A DNA stretch of 64,000 nt from Chrysomallon squamiferum. Taxonomy: Eukaryota > Animalia > Mollusca. The stretch spans positions 3,534,001 to 3,598,000 of the forward strand of contig CM022665.1 in NCBI GenBank assembly GCA_012295275.1, given 5' to 3'. A program made the position numbers and the translations under genes. The notes beneath the pieces were generated by a model. It was not told where the DNA came from. It ran no database searches and was given only the letters and a program-made list of their open reading frames with translations. Below, in pieces: positions 32,776 through 47,286 of this stretch (position 1 is its first letter; every line of letters begins with the position of its first letter).

Positions 32776-35139
32776 GTATTTATTAATTAATTAATTAATT
32801 AATTTATTTATTTATTCATTCAGGTAACAGGTCTGATGTGGTAACATACAGGGGAAAGAAACTGTATATGAGAGGGGCACTTATTTTGGAAACTTTGATA
32901 GACTATCTGTTAAGGTACACAAACCTGTCAACAGCTGAGCAAGTTTTATTAGTGGGATCATCATGTGAGTATCACAGTGAGCAAGTGAGTGAAACATTAA
33001 GTGTTGTGAAATGCCTGGGACAGTTTAAATGTTAAGATTTGAAACAAAACCAAAACAAAAAATTATTGACAGTCTTGCTAGTTGATAATCACCAGTTAAA
33101 AATATATGATACTTTATAGGGATAATGAAGATTTTTATTTAGATACAAAATAAAACCAAAAATAAAAATTATTGAAGTTTTGTACCCTTGGTTATAAAAC
33201 TGTTTTTTAGTTGGGTTTCGCTATAGTTGATAAATCAAAAATTTCATGGTGCTCTTCTGGGACACCCTAAATATATATATATATTTTTTTTTTTTGAAAT
33301 TTTTTTATATATATATCTTTGAACATTCCTTCACTACTAATACAGTGAAAATCTTGCATGTTTTTCTTTAAAGTTTTATTTTAAAAAATTATTACTTATA
33401 AAAGGTGAAAATTTGACATTTTATTACCATTTACATAGCATATGATTTGCTGTGAGAAATACAACTAATGTAGTAACAACTAGTTATTCACATGAGTGAA
33501 AACAAGAAGCTGATAGCAGTCTTTGGAGGGGTTTTGGTTGGGGATATTGACACTGCAGTTAAGGAGTCTATACGTTATCAAAGCTTTCTATGGGTCATGC
33601 ATTCAGAATAATATCTTTACATTAATTAAATTCCAGTATATATAGGGTTCTTGACCAGAACATATAATTATTAAATTATGTAGATCAAATATGCTAATTT
33701 CATTAACAAATCGAAGAAATTTATTTATTTATTCTTTTACATGTAAAACTGAAAAAGTTCTTACTTTAGAAAATATGAAGATATATTTTATAATGTAAGA
33801 AATGTTTACACTAATTAATTATTTTTTCTTTTATAGCTGGGGGTCTGGGTGCCCTGATTCATGCTGACAGATTACGTCAAAAACTGCCACGCTCTGTGAA
33901 GACCTTGCACGTGCTGCTTGATGGGTCATTATTCTTGGACCAAACTGATGTCAAAGGTCAACACACAATGGCTAGCACACTTAAGAATACATTTGATCTA
34001 CATAGTATAACAGGTAAAGCCATGTTGTATAGAATAAGAAAGATTTAAATTATTATAATTATTATTATTATTTTTTTTTATCCTTTTGGTTTTTTCATTA
34101 TGCAATATTTTCTGAATGTAGATGTGAATACAATTATAGAAAGACTGAAATAGTTATATTTTATAATCAATTTTTATAATTTTCAATCAGTAGTTAAATA
34201 ATATATTTGTAAACAATTTCAAAAATCATTGTAACCTAAGTCAAACTGATGAACATTAGCACAGCAGTTCCAAGCCTGTTGTCCATGGACCCCTCCAGGT
34301 CCACAAAGTTAGTATTAGGTGGTCTCTGAGCTTACTTCAAAATTTTAAGTGTGAAATATATAATTACTCACAATAAGACTGATAAAGATAAATTGTTAAA
34401 ATTTTATATATTGTTAATGGCACATTCAGTTAAACATAAATTTCTGCTGAGAGATGAACCTGGGAAAAAAAAAAGAGTTTTTCATTAGTTAACAAAATTG
34501 TCTTGTCAAGAAGACAGACCTTTCAAAACCTGGAACACATTAGAAAATTAATTTAAATATCTGGGGTCCTTTGTAGTGGAAAGATGGGGGGAACTTGCAT
34601 TTAGAAATGTCCTATTTTGTGTTTATCTGTTTAATTTACGAACCATTCATTTTGTAAACAGCTTTCTCTGTCTCTTGTTCACAGACTGCCAGAGTTTGAC
34701 TGACTGTACAAAAGAGAAATCATCAAGTGAGAAGTGGAAATGTTTCTTCCCTGGTAACTATCACCGTCATGTCTTTGTCCCTGCACTATTCTTCAACTCT
34801 CTGTATGACACATGGTATGCAGAAAATGCACTGAAAATCTGGTGTGTTAGAAGCGGATCATGTACTAGTGATGACCTCGCTGCTGTGAATAGCATGAGAG
34901 ACGCTGTTTTGAGAGAAGGACAGGAAATTGTGCTGTCTGGGAAACATGGAGTTTTCTTAACTTCTTGTCCTGTTCACACTATGTTGATAACATCAAAGTT
35001 TACTTATATAAAAGCAGGCGAGCTGACTCCCCAGAAAGCACTTTCCTTGTGGATTAGAGATAATACGGCCGGGTACAACGTGACACAAGTACTGCCTTTA
35101 AATCTTTCATGGAATTTATGTAATGTGGAGCTAAAATAA
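29366..35139 (+). CDS. Notum / pectin acetylesterase family alpha/beta hydrolase with an N-terminal signal-anchor
   Basis: Exons 29366-29708, 30858-30939, 31777-31922, 32824-32964, 33837-34013, 34685-35139. Motifs [42 protein letters not shown], nucleophile elbow GSSSGG, NSLYDTW (Asp) and SCPVH (His). Orthology to NOTUM itself is not established. Confidence 0.9.
30241..30567 (+). repeat. Local ~60 bp direct duplication (30241-30300 and ~30507-30567)
   Basis: actttagcactaattattgagattactgtttgtcagtgaattaac occurs twice, near-identical, in intron 1 of the hydrolase gene. Confidence 0.85.
32120..32346. mobile_element. Tc1/mariner-superfamily MITE, 227 bp, perfect 48 bp TIRs, TA target-site duplication
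   Basis: TA|CAGGGTGTCCCAGAAGTCACGCACCATGAAGATTTTTATTTAGATACA ... exact reverse complement|TA. Internal minus-strand remnant RIEVCINAEGKQFEHLL* resembles a mariner/maT transposase C-terminus. Confidence 0.95.
33125..33270. mobile_element. Degenerate second copy of the 32120-32346 MITE
   Basis: Shares atgaagatttttatttagatacaaa, ttataaaactgttttt, gggtttcgcta and catggtgc..ttctgggacaccct in the same order. Confidence 0.7.
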
Positions 35140-38100
35140 AATCCTTTCTGGGTGGGGATTATAAAAAATATTTTATAAGTGCCAAAATTTATATTTTTGT
35201 TTGCAACTTAAAATGATTCTGTGATGAGAGAGAGGAATCAAAATTCCAAACTACCTTAATGATGACTTTTTAAATTTAAATACATATAAAATATTTTTAT
35301 TGTATTTTTTGTTTCATAAAATGTAAATTTTTTTTTACAGTCAATAGTTTGTACCACAATAAGTATTATGGCTTACATAATAATATAGTTGGATACATTT
35401 GAAAGTAGAACTGAAAGAAAGAAAATGTATCAAATCTGTAATATAAAATTTGCTTTAATTACATTTTATTGACATGAAATCTAATGTTATTTTGAACCAG
35501 AACAGTCAGATACCATTGTGTAATTTCCAGTGATTAGAGAATGGTAATATAATTTTGCTTTGCAAACAAAATATATTTTATATTGTGAAATTTTTCTTCA
35601 CAGCCTAAATGTATTTTAGTATGAAATCTTCTTATCAACCTAATATATTTTGGTAATAATATATATTTTGTTGAAGTATGAACTTGTTGCATTTATGATA
35701 AAATTATTTTATTTTCGTTTTATTATTATTATATTTTTTCTTCTGCTTACTTATTATTATTATTATTTTTTTTTTTTTGAGGGTTGTGTTATTGATAAAA
35801 ACTGAAACTCTGTACACAACATATATTTTTCACAGGTATTATTATACTTGACACTATACTCATTTTATTGTTGCACATATATTATGAACTTTTTATCATC
35901 AATCAAAATGCACAGCTTTTATTATGTATGTTTGTTGTTTTTCTTTTTTACTATACACTGTGTACATTCATGTAATATGGGATAAAAGCAAGAACAAGCA
36001 GTAAAGTGCCAAACAATTTAAAAATATTAAAAAAGATTTTTAAACACATCACTTATTATGTGATGTAAAATTAATTAAGCTGTTATACTTAACAGTTTTA
36101 GTAACAGAGGTTTACCAGATGACTGCAAGATCAGGTTTTAAATTCTTCCTGCTGTATTATTAGTTTTTTATTATCTTTTTATTTTTATTTTTTCTCCCAA
36201 ACATATTTGTAAGAAGATGAACAAAAAGAAAAGTAAAATGTAAATAATACAGTATTATTTAAAAAAAAATAATTTTGAAATTCAATTCAGTGTTATGACA
36301 GTATTTACTGATCATTTCTTTAAATTAAAAAAGTAAACAGGTACATCTTTCAAAATGTGCACACTCATTCTGAAATCCTTCATCTGTCCCTACATCAGAA
36401 ACATCAGTAGCAAATATTACTTGTACACTTGGTGTTACTTGAAATATAAAACTGTTGTTACTATGTAATTACAAGTATTTTGCATATTTTTATGAACTGC
36501 AGTGTTTAAAAGGTTCACAGTTGCTAGTAGTATTATTGGTTAAACTGCAGAGTCCCATAATAAATTTTCCTCTTTAATTAAAATAAAGATTAATCACATG
36601 GCTTAAATTGATTATTCTTTCGCTTATTTAAGGCTAAATTTCATTCACTTAGGGAACTGTATGTGTAGATGTTTATAGATCCTATTATTCAAACAATATT
36701 TGGTCAAATCTTGAAAACAGTTTGTATTCTGATTTAGTTAGTTCATGGTTTTTTTAAACAGCTTTTCAAATAACTGCTGCTGTTTTGTTGTTAAATATAA
36801 CTTAAAACATACTGCTATTTAATAAAGAGTTGTTACTTCATCATTAGAACTTTGAAATAATGCTATTTTTCTTGTTGTTAAACCATACTGTTGTTTAATA
36901 AACAGTTATTATTTTGTTATTAATGTTTTTCAAAGACTTCATTATCTCTTTTTTTCTTTTGTCAATTTTCCATAATGAGAATTAAGAATTATAAATTACT
37001 GTAATTATTTTGTTATAATGTTTTTAAAAAATATATATTTTTATGTTTTCCATTTGTACTTAATGACTTTCTTTTTTTGTGCTCAGTCCACGATGATTTC
37101 TGAAGAAAGTTTATAAGTTTAGCTGAATATTTATTCTCTTATTGTCTGCTTCACATTTAAAGAAAGCATAACATGTTTGTTACCACTGAAATTAATCTTT
37201 AAAAAGTTTAAAAATTAATTTTGGGATATATACAACTACAGTATTTTGTCTGTAATTACCATATATTTCGTTTTTATTATGAGTACAAATCTTTGTGTAC
37301 ACGTCTGTCTTTATGATAATCAAAATGAATTGCAGTCATTTTAAAATTTAAATTATCTCAGGTCATGCTTTTAATAAAGAAATGATGCAAAAAAAGTCTT
37401 GTTTCATTTGTGATTTTGTTTTTCACATACAGAAGACATTAGATTTATTAAAGCTGTTTTAAAAATAATGTCAATAATATTAATAATTCCACCTACAAAA
37501 AATATGAATTGGATAAAAAAATAGACAACTGACATCATCAATAATTTGATAAAATTGTATTGTCCCATCAGACATAACAACATGCAACTGTGGTACTCAA
37601 ATAAAAAAATCCATATAATAATGACAAATACAAAATGTTAAAGTACAAATGATATGGTGTCAATAAACTTGAAAGTAAAGTAATAAAACATTTAAAAAAT
37701 GTACAAAATATTAAAACTACTCTAAAAAGATGATAAAAATATTAAATGCAAAATAAAAATAGTAGAAAAATTACTGATTCAACAAGCATGTTCAGTAACT
37801 AATAACCTAATAAAAACAGGAAAAAAAAAAAATAAAAAATATTTTAAATATTTGCCCTATCAATCAAATATATTTTATTTATTATTTTGTTTTGTTGTGT
37901 ATAATAATTAATTTGTTACAAAGCAAATAATAAGTAAATACATAAACTGAGTTTTGAACATTTTCTGTCATTCTTTTGTATGAAAGAATGATATTATATA
38001 TGTGAGAATGCATATGGGTGACTTTTTTTTTTTCTTTCTGTTTTGGATACTATGAAATCTCAACACACAAAAAAAAAAATATAATAAAAAGATTATGTAT

Positions 38101-39271
38101 GTGAAGATAACTTACGATTTTTTTTTTAAAAAATGAAAATTATCCCCATTTATTTAATTTAATTTTTAACAGTATAATTTAGGTTTAATCTATTTATCAA
38201 TTAAAACAATCAATGTCAGATGTATGCAAAAAATGACAGACAATGCCTTTTTTTTTGTGGTCAGTTGATATGCTATGTAATAACTGAGACATTCCTTTAT
38301 TCTTTTAAAAATTTATAATTACATTTCAGTTTCAACATAATTATTATTCTAATAGGACATTTTTTTTTTTAAAAGCGATTACAAAAATTAAAATTAAAAT
38401 TTATAATATAAAATGTTTCAAAATAACAAACTAATGAAAGCTGTTTGTTAAGTGGTAATAAATGTAAAATGACAATGGTAGACAAACTGAAATAAAAACA
38501 GATGCTACAATGGATGTGAATGAATATTCTAAACTTTATGAAAGAAAAAACCCAAAGCAAAACAGTAAAAAAAAACCTGTGAAATATTAAAATAGAAATT
38601 TCTACATAAATTATTAAAAATGTAACAAAAGTTGAAATATACAAACAGAAAAATATGATAAAAGTTGTTAAAAATTATATTTTGAACATGTAGCTTTAAG
38701 TATAAAATTCAAAAATAAAAATTTGATTTTCAAAAATATACATAATAATAAAACAATTTGTAAAAACATTTTTGGATTCAACTATTATAATCCTGAAACA
38801 AATCTTTACGGGCTAAAAACAGAAACATTATTAAGTTATATTTAAATGAACACAAACATAAATATTTGGTGGTGTTTTTGTTGTGGTTTCTGGGTATTTT
38901 TCAGAAAGCATTTTTTAATTCTTTATATATCAATTACTATATACTGTTATTTACATGTTCATATTTTTTTTCATATATATATATATATCTTTTTTTTTTT
39001 TTTAAATTTCACATTAATAAAAGCTGAAATAATAAACAAAGTGACAATTATGATTAAATATTTCTTTCTATTTTTTTCTCTAATAATGCTTCTCAAAAAT
39101 TGACACTCTATAGCTTTTAATTATCTACACCAATTCCTTTTAACTTTTTGGTCATGAAGTAGACCCACAAAGTTTTTTTCTTTATTTATCATAATTAAGA
39201 TCAGAAAACATGCTAATTGTAAAATTCTAGTGCAAAATATTTTTTTCTGTTTTTTCAATTATTTATTTTTT

Positions 39272-39346
<75 letters not shown>

Positions 39347-40179
39347 TTTTTTATTTTAATTTATTTTTTCATTTTAATTTATTATTTCATTTTTTAGAAA
39401 ATGTTTTACTGCTTTCAGTTGCAAGAGTAGTCTTGTCCAACTTCTTAAACTGTGGTTCAGTACATTTTAACTTAATCTTAAATTAGTTTAATAAATCATA
39501 TAAATAATCCACCTTTGACGTAAATTTAAAAAATCTATATATTAAAATTTAGAGCAATTAGCCTACAATTTATACAAAAGCATACAAGAAAATGATTAAT
39601 AGTCAATAAGAAGACCAAAAAAATTCATTTTTAAAGGCAAACAATAAATGTGGTTAACATTCAAACTGCACCTTTGGCAATATAAAGAAATGGTCTTGTT
39701 ATATTCTGTATACTTCCAAATTATGTTTTGTCTGGTTTTTGACATCTTTGTGTGGGACTTTGTAGTCATTGACATCTATGTGTACAGGTTGAACCAATTT
39801 GTACTAAAGTTTCTTGTCTCATCGTCAACAAAAATACTGCTACCAGTCTGCAGTGATACCATGTCTCCAGTTGTGAAATGGCGAAATGGTGTTGTTTAAA
39901 TGTATTGTAACAGTATTATGTTAAACTCATGCTTTTTATTAAAAGTAATCCAAAACAATTTAAAACAAGTAATTATTCCTAATATTATCAGACTATTTAC
40001 TGCTATTGCCACAGGTACACTTTCAAGTTGGTGAATTTTTTTTCAGGTTAGTAAACTGACCTTCTCACAATGCAACTGTCTACCCTGACTGGAAGTTGTG
40101 TAATGTTTATGTTATCAGTACATTTTTTAAATTTATCAGTGGAATTTCAATTCCATTTGGGTTAGCTACAAAATGCATA

Positions 40180-40790
40180 AGACAATTTACATAACTAGAA
40201 CAGTTTTTAACAACGTAAGTTTTTCAGTAGAATTTAAATTCATTGTGGTTTAATTAGAAATAAATAACACGAACTCATATAACCAGAACACTTTTTAGCA
40301 ACTTAACATTTTCAAGAACACAACTCATATAACAACAACACTTTTTAACAACGCAACATTTTTAGTAGAACTTAAATGATAAGTCACAGAATTAAAAAAG
40401 AGTTTTTGTAACACAAGATGTTAAGTGAAATGTTAATTTACACAATACATGACTTTATTTAAGACAATTCACATAATCAGAATGTCTTTAAAAAAGTTTA
40501 ATGTATGAATACATTAATAAAATGTATTTATGTGCAGGTCAGAAACTAGACAACATAAAGCATGTGCAACAAGTCACATAATAAAACCATGAAATGTCAG
40601 ATTTTTTAGTTAAATCTGTTTTTAAGTACAGCTAAGACAAAACAACTGCATTTAACACAATTCATATATGTCATGTAATAGAAATTTTTCAAACTGAAAT
40701 ATTTTCAGTGAAATTTGTATTTATCTGAAGATTCAACACAATGGATCATGTAAGACAAGTCACATAAATAAAGAATGTCAGTAAAATGGG
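40180..40790. repeat. Degenerate ~50 bp minisatellite downstream of the CUEDC2 stop
   Basis: Recurrent acaa(c/t)tca(c/t)ataac.agaacactttttaacaac...tttt(c)agtagaa units. Confidence 0.6.
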
Positions 40791-40994
40791 ATTCACGTCA
40801 TAATCCCTAAAATTAGAATCCCAAAAGCTAAAATCCACAAATTCTCACAATTAGTCACTTTCTTTTTAAAAACTAAAAAATGGAAGTTTTTAAAATGCTA
40901 ACCATGAACTTTTCATGGCACTGCATTTTCAATATTTTTGGTATTCAGGATTATAATTTCCAGGATTTTTTTTTTTGCTTAAAATTTAGCATTT

Positions 40995-43900
40995 TTAATG
41001 AAATCTGTATTTACGAGAAGGTTTCAGAGACACGTAAGTTTTCTTCATTTCCTCAGATTCAGTTTTCTTCAGTTCTGTGTAACGTTCACCTTTGGTGCTG
41101 ACAATCTGATTGCCAAGGTAACGAACCATTTTCTTTGCATCCTTTTTAACAAAAAACAAAAACGTAAATAAATAAATAAAAACAACAAAAAAACAAAAAA
41201 AAAAACCCCAGAAACCTTTGAAAATTTTAAAATTTTTTCCTTTTTATACATGTGCAAACATATGGCATAGGATTTTTTTTTTTTTTTTAAATGAAGGATA
41301 TAAAGCCTTGAAAAATTTTAGATGGCAGAAATTTCATTTTAATGGGAAACAAAACCAAACACTGGTGACTACTGACTGACAAGGATATATAATACATATA
41401 AATACACTGGATAGGCATATTGTCTATATTTGTTTATTTGTTTTTATGTGTGTAAGCATATGATTCAAATACATTTTCCATCCATTCTGAACAATTTTTT
41501 AGATTTAAAAGTTAAACGAATTTTCTAATACATTTTGATGTAAACCATGTCTATACTTTCAATCAGTATACTGCTAAATTAAATTCTTATAAATGTTTGA
41601 AAACTACAAAATGGTCAGTTTAAACTGAAAAAATGTATACTACAATATTTATATTTTGAAAACTGTCACTCTTACTTGTTTCAGTGGTGGAGGAATGTGA
41701 GTTTTCTTGTCTTCGTCTGTGTCAACAAACCCATATCTGATAACAACAACAACAAAAATAAACAAATAAATAAATAAATAAAACAGAAAAGAGAAGAAAA
41801 AAAATCAGAAAAAAAGAATAAGAATAAGAAGGAAATAATAAAGAAATAATAATTTTCTGTGTTGAAAAACAAAAAGTCAATACAAAAGTTATAATTATAT
41901 TACAAACTAATGACCATTTCCAGTGTATTTTTAATTCAACTTTCATTCTAAGTCATAAATCTGAATCTGGACACAAAATTAAAACCAACACATACACTAA
42001 ATTAATTATAAACAAATGACTGGAAGAATGATTATGAATTTTTAGTTTTTTCACCAAATCACTATATTTAAAGTTTACCTCTGACAGTTCTAATTAGAAG
42101 CCTAAATTCATTTAAAATATTTCTAAATGATTATTTTGTTACTGGAATCCAAACTTTTGTCAATGCACTGCACTCATTTTATTTGTTATTTGAATCCAGC
42201 CTTTTCTAGTAATAATTTATGACAGTATTTGAACTAGCCTATGAAGGTTTCTTTTCTTCTCATAATAAATATTTAATATCCTAGAAAGATGGAACCACTA
42301 GCTTTATCTGACACTTACTTGGGATTCTTTGTTAAGTGAGGCTATTTGTCAGCAAAATGACAGATATATCTTAATGAATTTGCTCATAAATGTAACAAAA
42401 ACCTGTGCAACATGAGTTCTTTCAATTTCTTGTCTTCAATCACTTTCAGCTGTGGAAATTCCTGTTACAAAAAAAAGTAAAATAAAATAAAATAAAATAA
42501 AATAAAATAAAACACAATAATTTACCATAAATAAAACAATTTTTTTTTTTTTGATATTATAAAAAAATTCATAACTATAATTTACTATACATATGTATAA
42601 ATTGCAAAAGAAATACTGCTAAAAAAAAAAAAAATGATTGTATAAAAAATACAAAAATAATAATAAGATAAAAAGAGTATCAAAAAATTTCTCTGTTCTT
42701 GACACAAAACAATAAATTAATTTCAATATATAATTAAAAAGTATCTATACCTAAATAATAATAATAATAATATTAACTAATAATAATAATGATGATGATA
42801 ACATTAATGTTAATTATACTAATTTAAGTAACAATAACAAATAATAACAGAAATGACAATGGTAATAAAAATGATAACTAGAATAAAATCAACAACAACA
42901 ATTAATAATAATGATAATAATTACAATAATTTAATGATAATAATAATAATAAGAAGAAGAAGAATAAAAAGAAGAAGAAGAAGAAGAAGAAGAAGAAGAA
43001 GAATTAACAGAAAACAATAACAACAGTGAAAAAGTTTTAAAATGTTTAAAGGTAAAATACCTTTGCTGCTGCTCCTGGTGACTTAATACAAGTACCTGAC
43101 TCTTGTCTGTGTAATACTAGCTGTGCAGCACTGTCCATATCTCCGTTTGTCATATGAAGACAATGCATTATCTCCACAGTACACGAGTTTGGGAAAAGTT
43201 CCAGAAGCTGATCCATTTGCTCTCTGTACCTGTCAACATCTTGTTCTTTCTGGAAACAAAACACAATCATTATATTTGTATTTTCAATAGATACAAATAC
43301 TGCAATTTTGTTTTTGTTTTAGTGTTTACAATTATAATTAAACATTATATATATATACATATATATAATGGTAAAATAAAAATACTCCCTCCAAAATTAA
43401 ATATATTTTATAATAAATGAAACTGTTAGGAAAAAAATAATAATAATAAAAGAAAACAAATAAGTAAAAATAAAATGTTAGATAGTTAACTTGACTTTCT
43501 CTAATTCATTAATGTTTCTAAATGTATAACGAGGACCATAAATATACACTATTAAAATAGTAGTAATAATAATAATAATAATAAACATTTCCTTTATAAC
43601 TAAGAACTTCAAGATTTGTCTTGGAGACTGACAGACGATAGAATATTTGTAAATAACTAACTATAAATGCATTTTTTATTAACAAATAATCACTTATTTT
43701 CTTTCTTTATTTCCACCACAAATCTTTTCTTTCAACCATATCATCATAATGCACTTATAAAACATTACGCAGTATCGTAGACAATATTTTTACAGTTAAT
43801 TATATCAGAAAATTAAAAATAATTAGTTAAAACTTACAAGAGTTTTCTTTGAATCTCTCTCTGAATCTGACGAGGTCCTACGTCGAGAAGGTAGTTTACC

Positions 43901-46514
43901 GGGTACACTAATACTGAATTCTTTTTGTTCATGAGAAATACTTAGGTACTCTAGTGTAGATAAACCATCAGCTCTGCCACTGTGTGTTGATTCTAAAAAA
44001 AAAAATGATGAAATATCCATTTATACACCAAGTGAATGCTATATATGAACGTTTTGAATAACTTTTGCTGTATATAAAATTTCATTGTCGCTTAAATAAC
44101 ATGTATTATTAATAGTTTGTAAAGACTGAATAATTAATAGTTTTGTTCTTATTTATCAATCAAATTTAAGTTTCTAATGAAAAAACAACTCAATCTGTTG
44201 TATGCAGGGCAGTGTTTATCTGCTCTAATACATAAAATTAAATAATTTGACACAACTGAGCACCTCCAGTGAACTTGGGCATTTTGTTTTGTTTTGTTTA
44301 CATTATAGAATCACATATGTTTGAACTTCAGTTGCATTTTTATAATATTTAAAGCCATATTTTTTTTAAGGTGACTAAAACACAGGATGCCATTTAAAAA
44401 CTGGTAGATAAAATATCTTTAAATTGCAAAGCACGTTCCTTCATTTATCTTTCTTGAGTATTTTAAATAATTAGTGATACAAGTTAAAAAGAATATATTG
44501 TTATGTATACATATGTTACTTAAAAGTACTGTAAGCATTTGATGTTTAACCATAATCCTCTGCAATACACAAAGTTGGCCAATCCTTAGAGCCAACTCCA
44601 GAAAGGCGTTGCAGATACTAATTTGAATAAAATGACTGTAATCAATGAGACTAAAGGCAATTAAAGGCACAGGTGTAACAAGTTGGATATTTGAAACAGA
44701 AACATAAAAGAAGCATTCTTAGCTTTGTACTTGCTGTAATTTGACTACAAACAAAAGTTACCTATCATTCGACCATTGTTCGTATTTTCTCTTTTAGCTA
44801 ATCAACACTACAAGCAAAAATAAACCAAGTTTAAAAACATGTATGACATTTAAAAAAAATAATTTGTTTATTTATTCTTTCTCATGTCCAAATCAGTATT
44901 CAAGCATTAATACTGGTACTTGTATTTACAGAATGTATTGTACTGTTGTTCTGTATAGATTGCTATGTGTATGATCCTAAAATTGAGTTTAATTCAGCAT
45001 TTAATGCACAAAAACGTTGCAAACAAAATGATCACATTAATCTTAGAGCAGATCACATAGTAATTGAGAAAAATGAAAATATGTAGACTTGAAGGCTCCT
45101 CTCAGCCTGGTTATAGCAAATAAACTGCATTGTTTACATGCAAAGCATTATAGTATCCTACCTTTAATTGACCAAAACTGCTACATAGTTAATTCAATAT
45201 GAGGTAAAGAAAACAACATCATGACCATTCTTCTGGTATATGGCATATAGTGTCTATCCATGCTTGGTGTAATGATGATAACAGGAAAAAAAGCATCAAT
45301 TTTGCTTTTGTTTTAGCTTAATTAACCAAGCTTTAAGAAGGTATGCTTCAGAAAAATATCAAAAGCATTATATTCTACTACGGTTTATTAATTTTTGTTT
45401 CTTTGGGTGAAAGATAAGATACTTACTTGAGGGTTTTATACACAAATTCAAAAATCAATAAAAATATACCTAATGCTATATTATCTCATTATTGGCCCAT
45501 GCATAAAGCACCTACTTTTGTGGAGCAACTCATACAGAGTTATTTAAAAGAAATCTTAAGTTCTCTGTGTTAGTTATCAAAAACTAAAAAACTTTAATGG
45601 AAACAAGTACCTTGGTTTTCAGCTGCTGTTAGTTTTGAAGCCAGTGCAAACATCCAATCCAGAACTTCAGAACTTAAATTCAATATAAACACATTAGCAA
45701 ATAAAGAAAATCTAAGAAAGAAGTTGAAAAAAAAATGAAAAGACTTAAAATAGATATATTTGTTAATGCTGTTTTTAAAACAAATTAAAAGCTATGACAT
45801 AATACTATATTAAAAAATGTTTTATAACTGAGCAATAAAAAAAAAAAAAATAATAATAATAATAGTGATAATAATAATTGTTTATGTCATTGTCAGCATC
45901 ATCATGATCATCCTAATGTTATCAATGTTAATGGTAAAGATAATGATAAAAAATTGCAACTTTACAATAATAACTTTTTCCAAAATGAACAGCAGATATT
46001 TAGAAGTGTTTTCAAATATAAAACTAAAGTGTATTAACAAACTAAACCTGCTAATATTTCTGAATCCTGGCAGATAAGCACTAATCATCTCCACAAGCTG
46101 ATCAACATCAATGTCTTCAAAACATGAATCATGACCCAACTCTTCCAGAATACTCAGTATGTAACTTAGAACTATGTCATCCATTAAACTGAAAAGAAAA
46201 TATTTTTTTCTTAAACATTAAATTATAACTTTAGAAAAATAGTGTAGGTCTACCAATAATCAGTGACATCTGTATGTGGGATATAATATCTGTGTATATT
46301 GTGTGTGTGTGTGTGTGTATGTATGTTTGTGTCTGCATGCATATATCATTTATATGTGTGCCTTTATAGAACTTATATATATATATATTATGGTATGTGC
46401 ATAATGTAATATCTGCATGTCTCTTTCTGTGTTTTACCTCAGTGATTCACTAATCCCATGCTTCTGAAGAAGATCTGATAATGACAATTTAACAGTTTCC
46501 TCTTTATCTCCCAT
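40995..46514 (-). CDS. CUEDC2: CUE domain-containing protein 2
   Basis: Exons 46438-46514, 46048-46188, 45611-45672, 43838-43992, 43061-43249, 42403-42461, 41676-41736, 40995-41141. N-terminal [20 protein letters not shown]-like LLELFP...[11 protein letters not shown], and diagnostic C-terminus [16 protein letters not shown]...[17 protein letters not shown]. Confidence 0.93.
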
Positions 46515-47286
46515 TCTGATAAAAAAAAAAAAAAAAAAAAAAAATGTTTTTTAAAAGTTAAAAATAATAAAAATTAATAATAATAATAAATGAATATAGA
46601 AATAAAAATAATTCTCATTAATGTCAGTAACATTTTTAACACAAATGTGATTACGATTTTGTTAAATACAAAACAAAACAGCAAAATATTGGTGCCTATC
46701 TTTTTGAATAAAATGGAAAATATTTTGTAAAATGAAAGTACATTGATATTATTCAGGGAAGTGCATTATAATTTAAATGTGTTCACTACAGTTGAAATAG
46801 TTTAAATTAATTAAATCAGTTATACCTCCCTATTTACCTGATAGCATTTTCACACAGCAATGATAATTGTCGCTGTTAATTTTAGTATCATTTTCTGAAA
46901 AAGACAAATAAGTTGCTGACGTAAATATTGCATAATTGATTAATACGGTTTGACAACTTGAACCGATTATTGTTCGTTGACAATCAAAGTCATTGGGAGT
47001 CACGTTTCATAATTAAATATTATTATTATGCATTGTTAATTGGTATCATAGCAAAGTCCATGAAAAGTCACACATTTTTGTAAATGATACAGTTACATGT
47101 AATTAATAACAGTTGTCTATCACAATTTACTCATTTTAATTTTGAATTCGCATTAGTCCAGAGTACCTCTATGTTAATAGATATTGGCCGCTGCTAACAG
47201 TTTACCGGATGTAATATTATCTCCCTTATATAGTTCAGTAGACAAAAAGTTGGCGCTTGATATGAAATTAAATATCTGTATTTGTG

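Noticed and set aside
39648-39899. 83-aa ORF in unique sequence between the hydrolase and CUEDC2
   Set aside because: No recognisable motif or exon partners on either strand.
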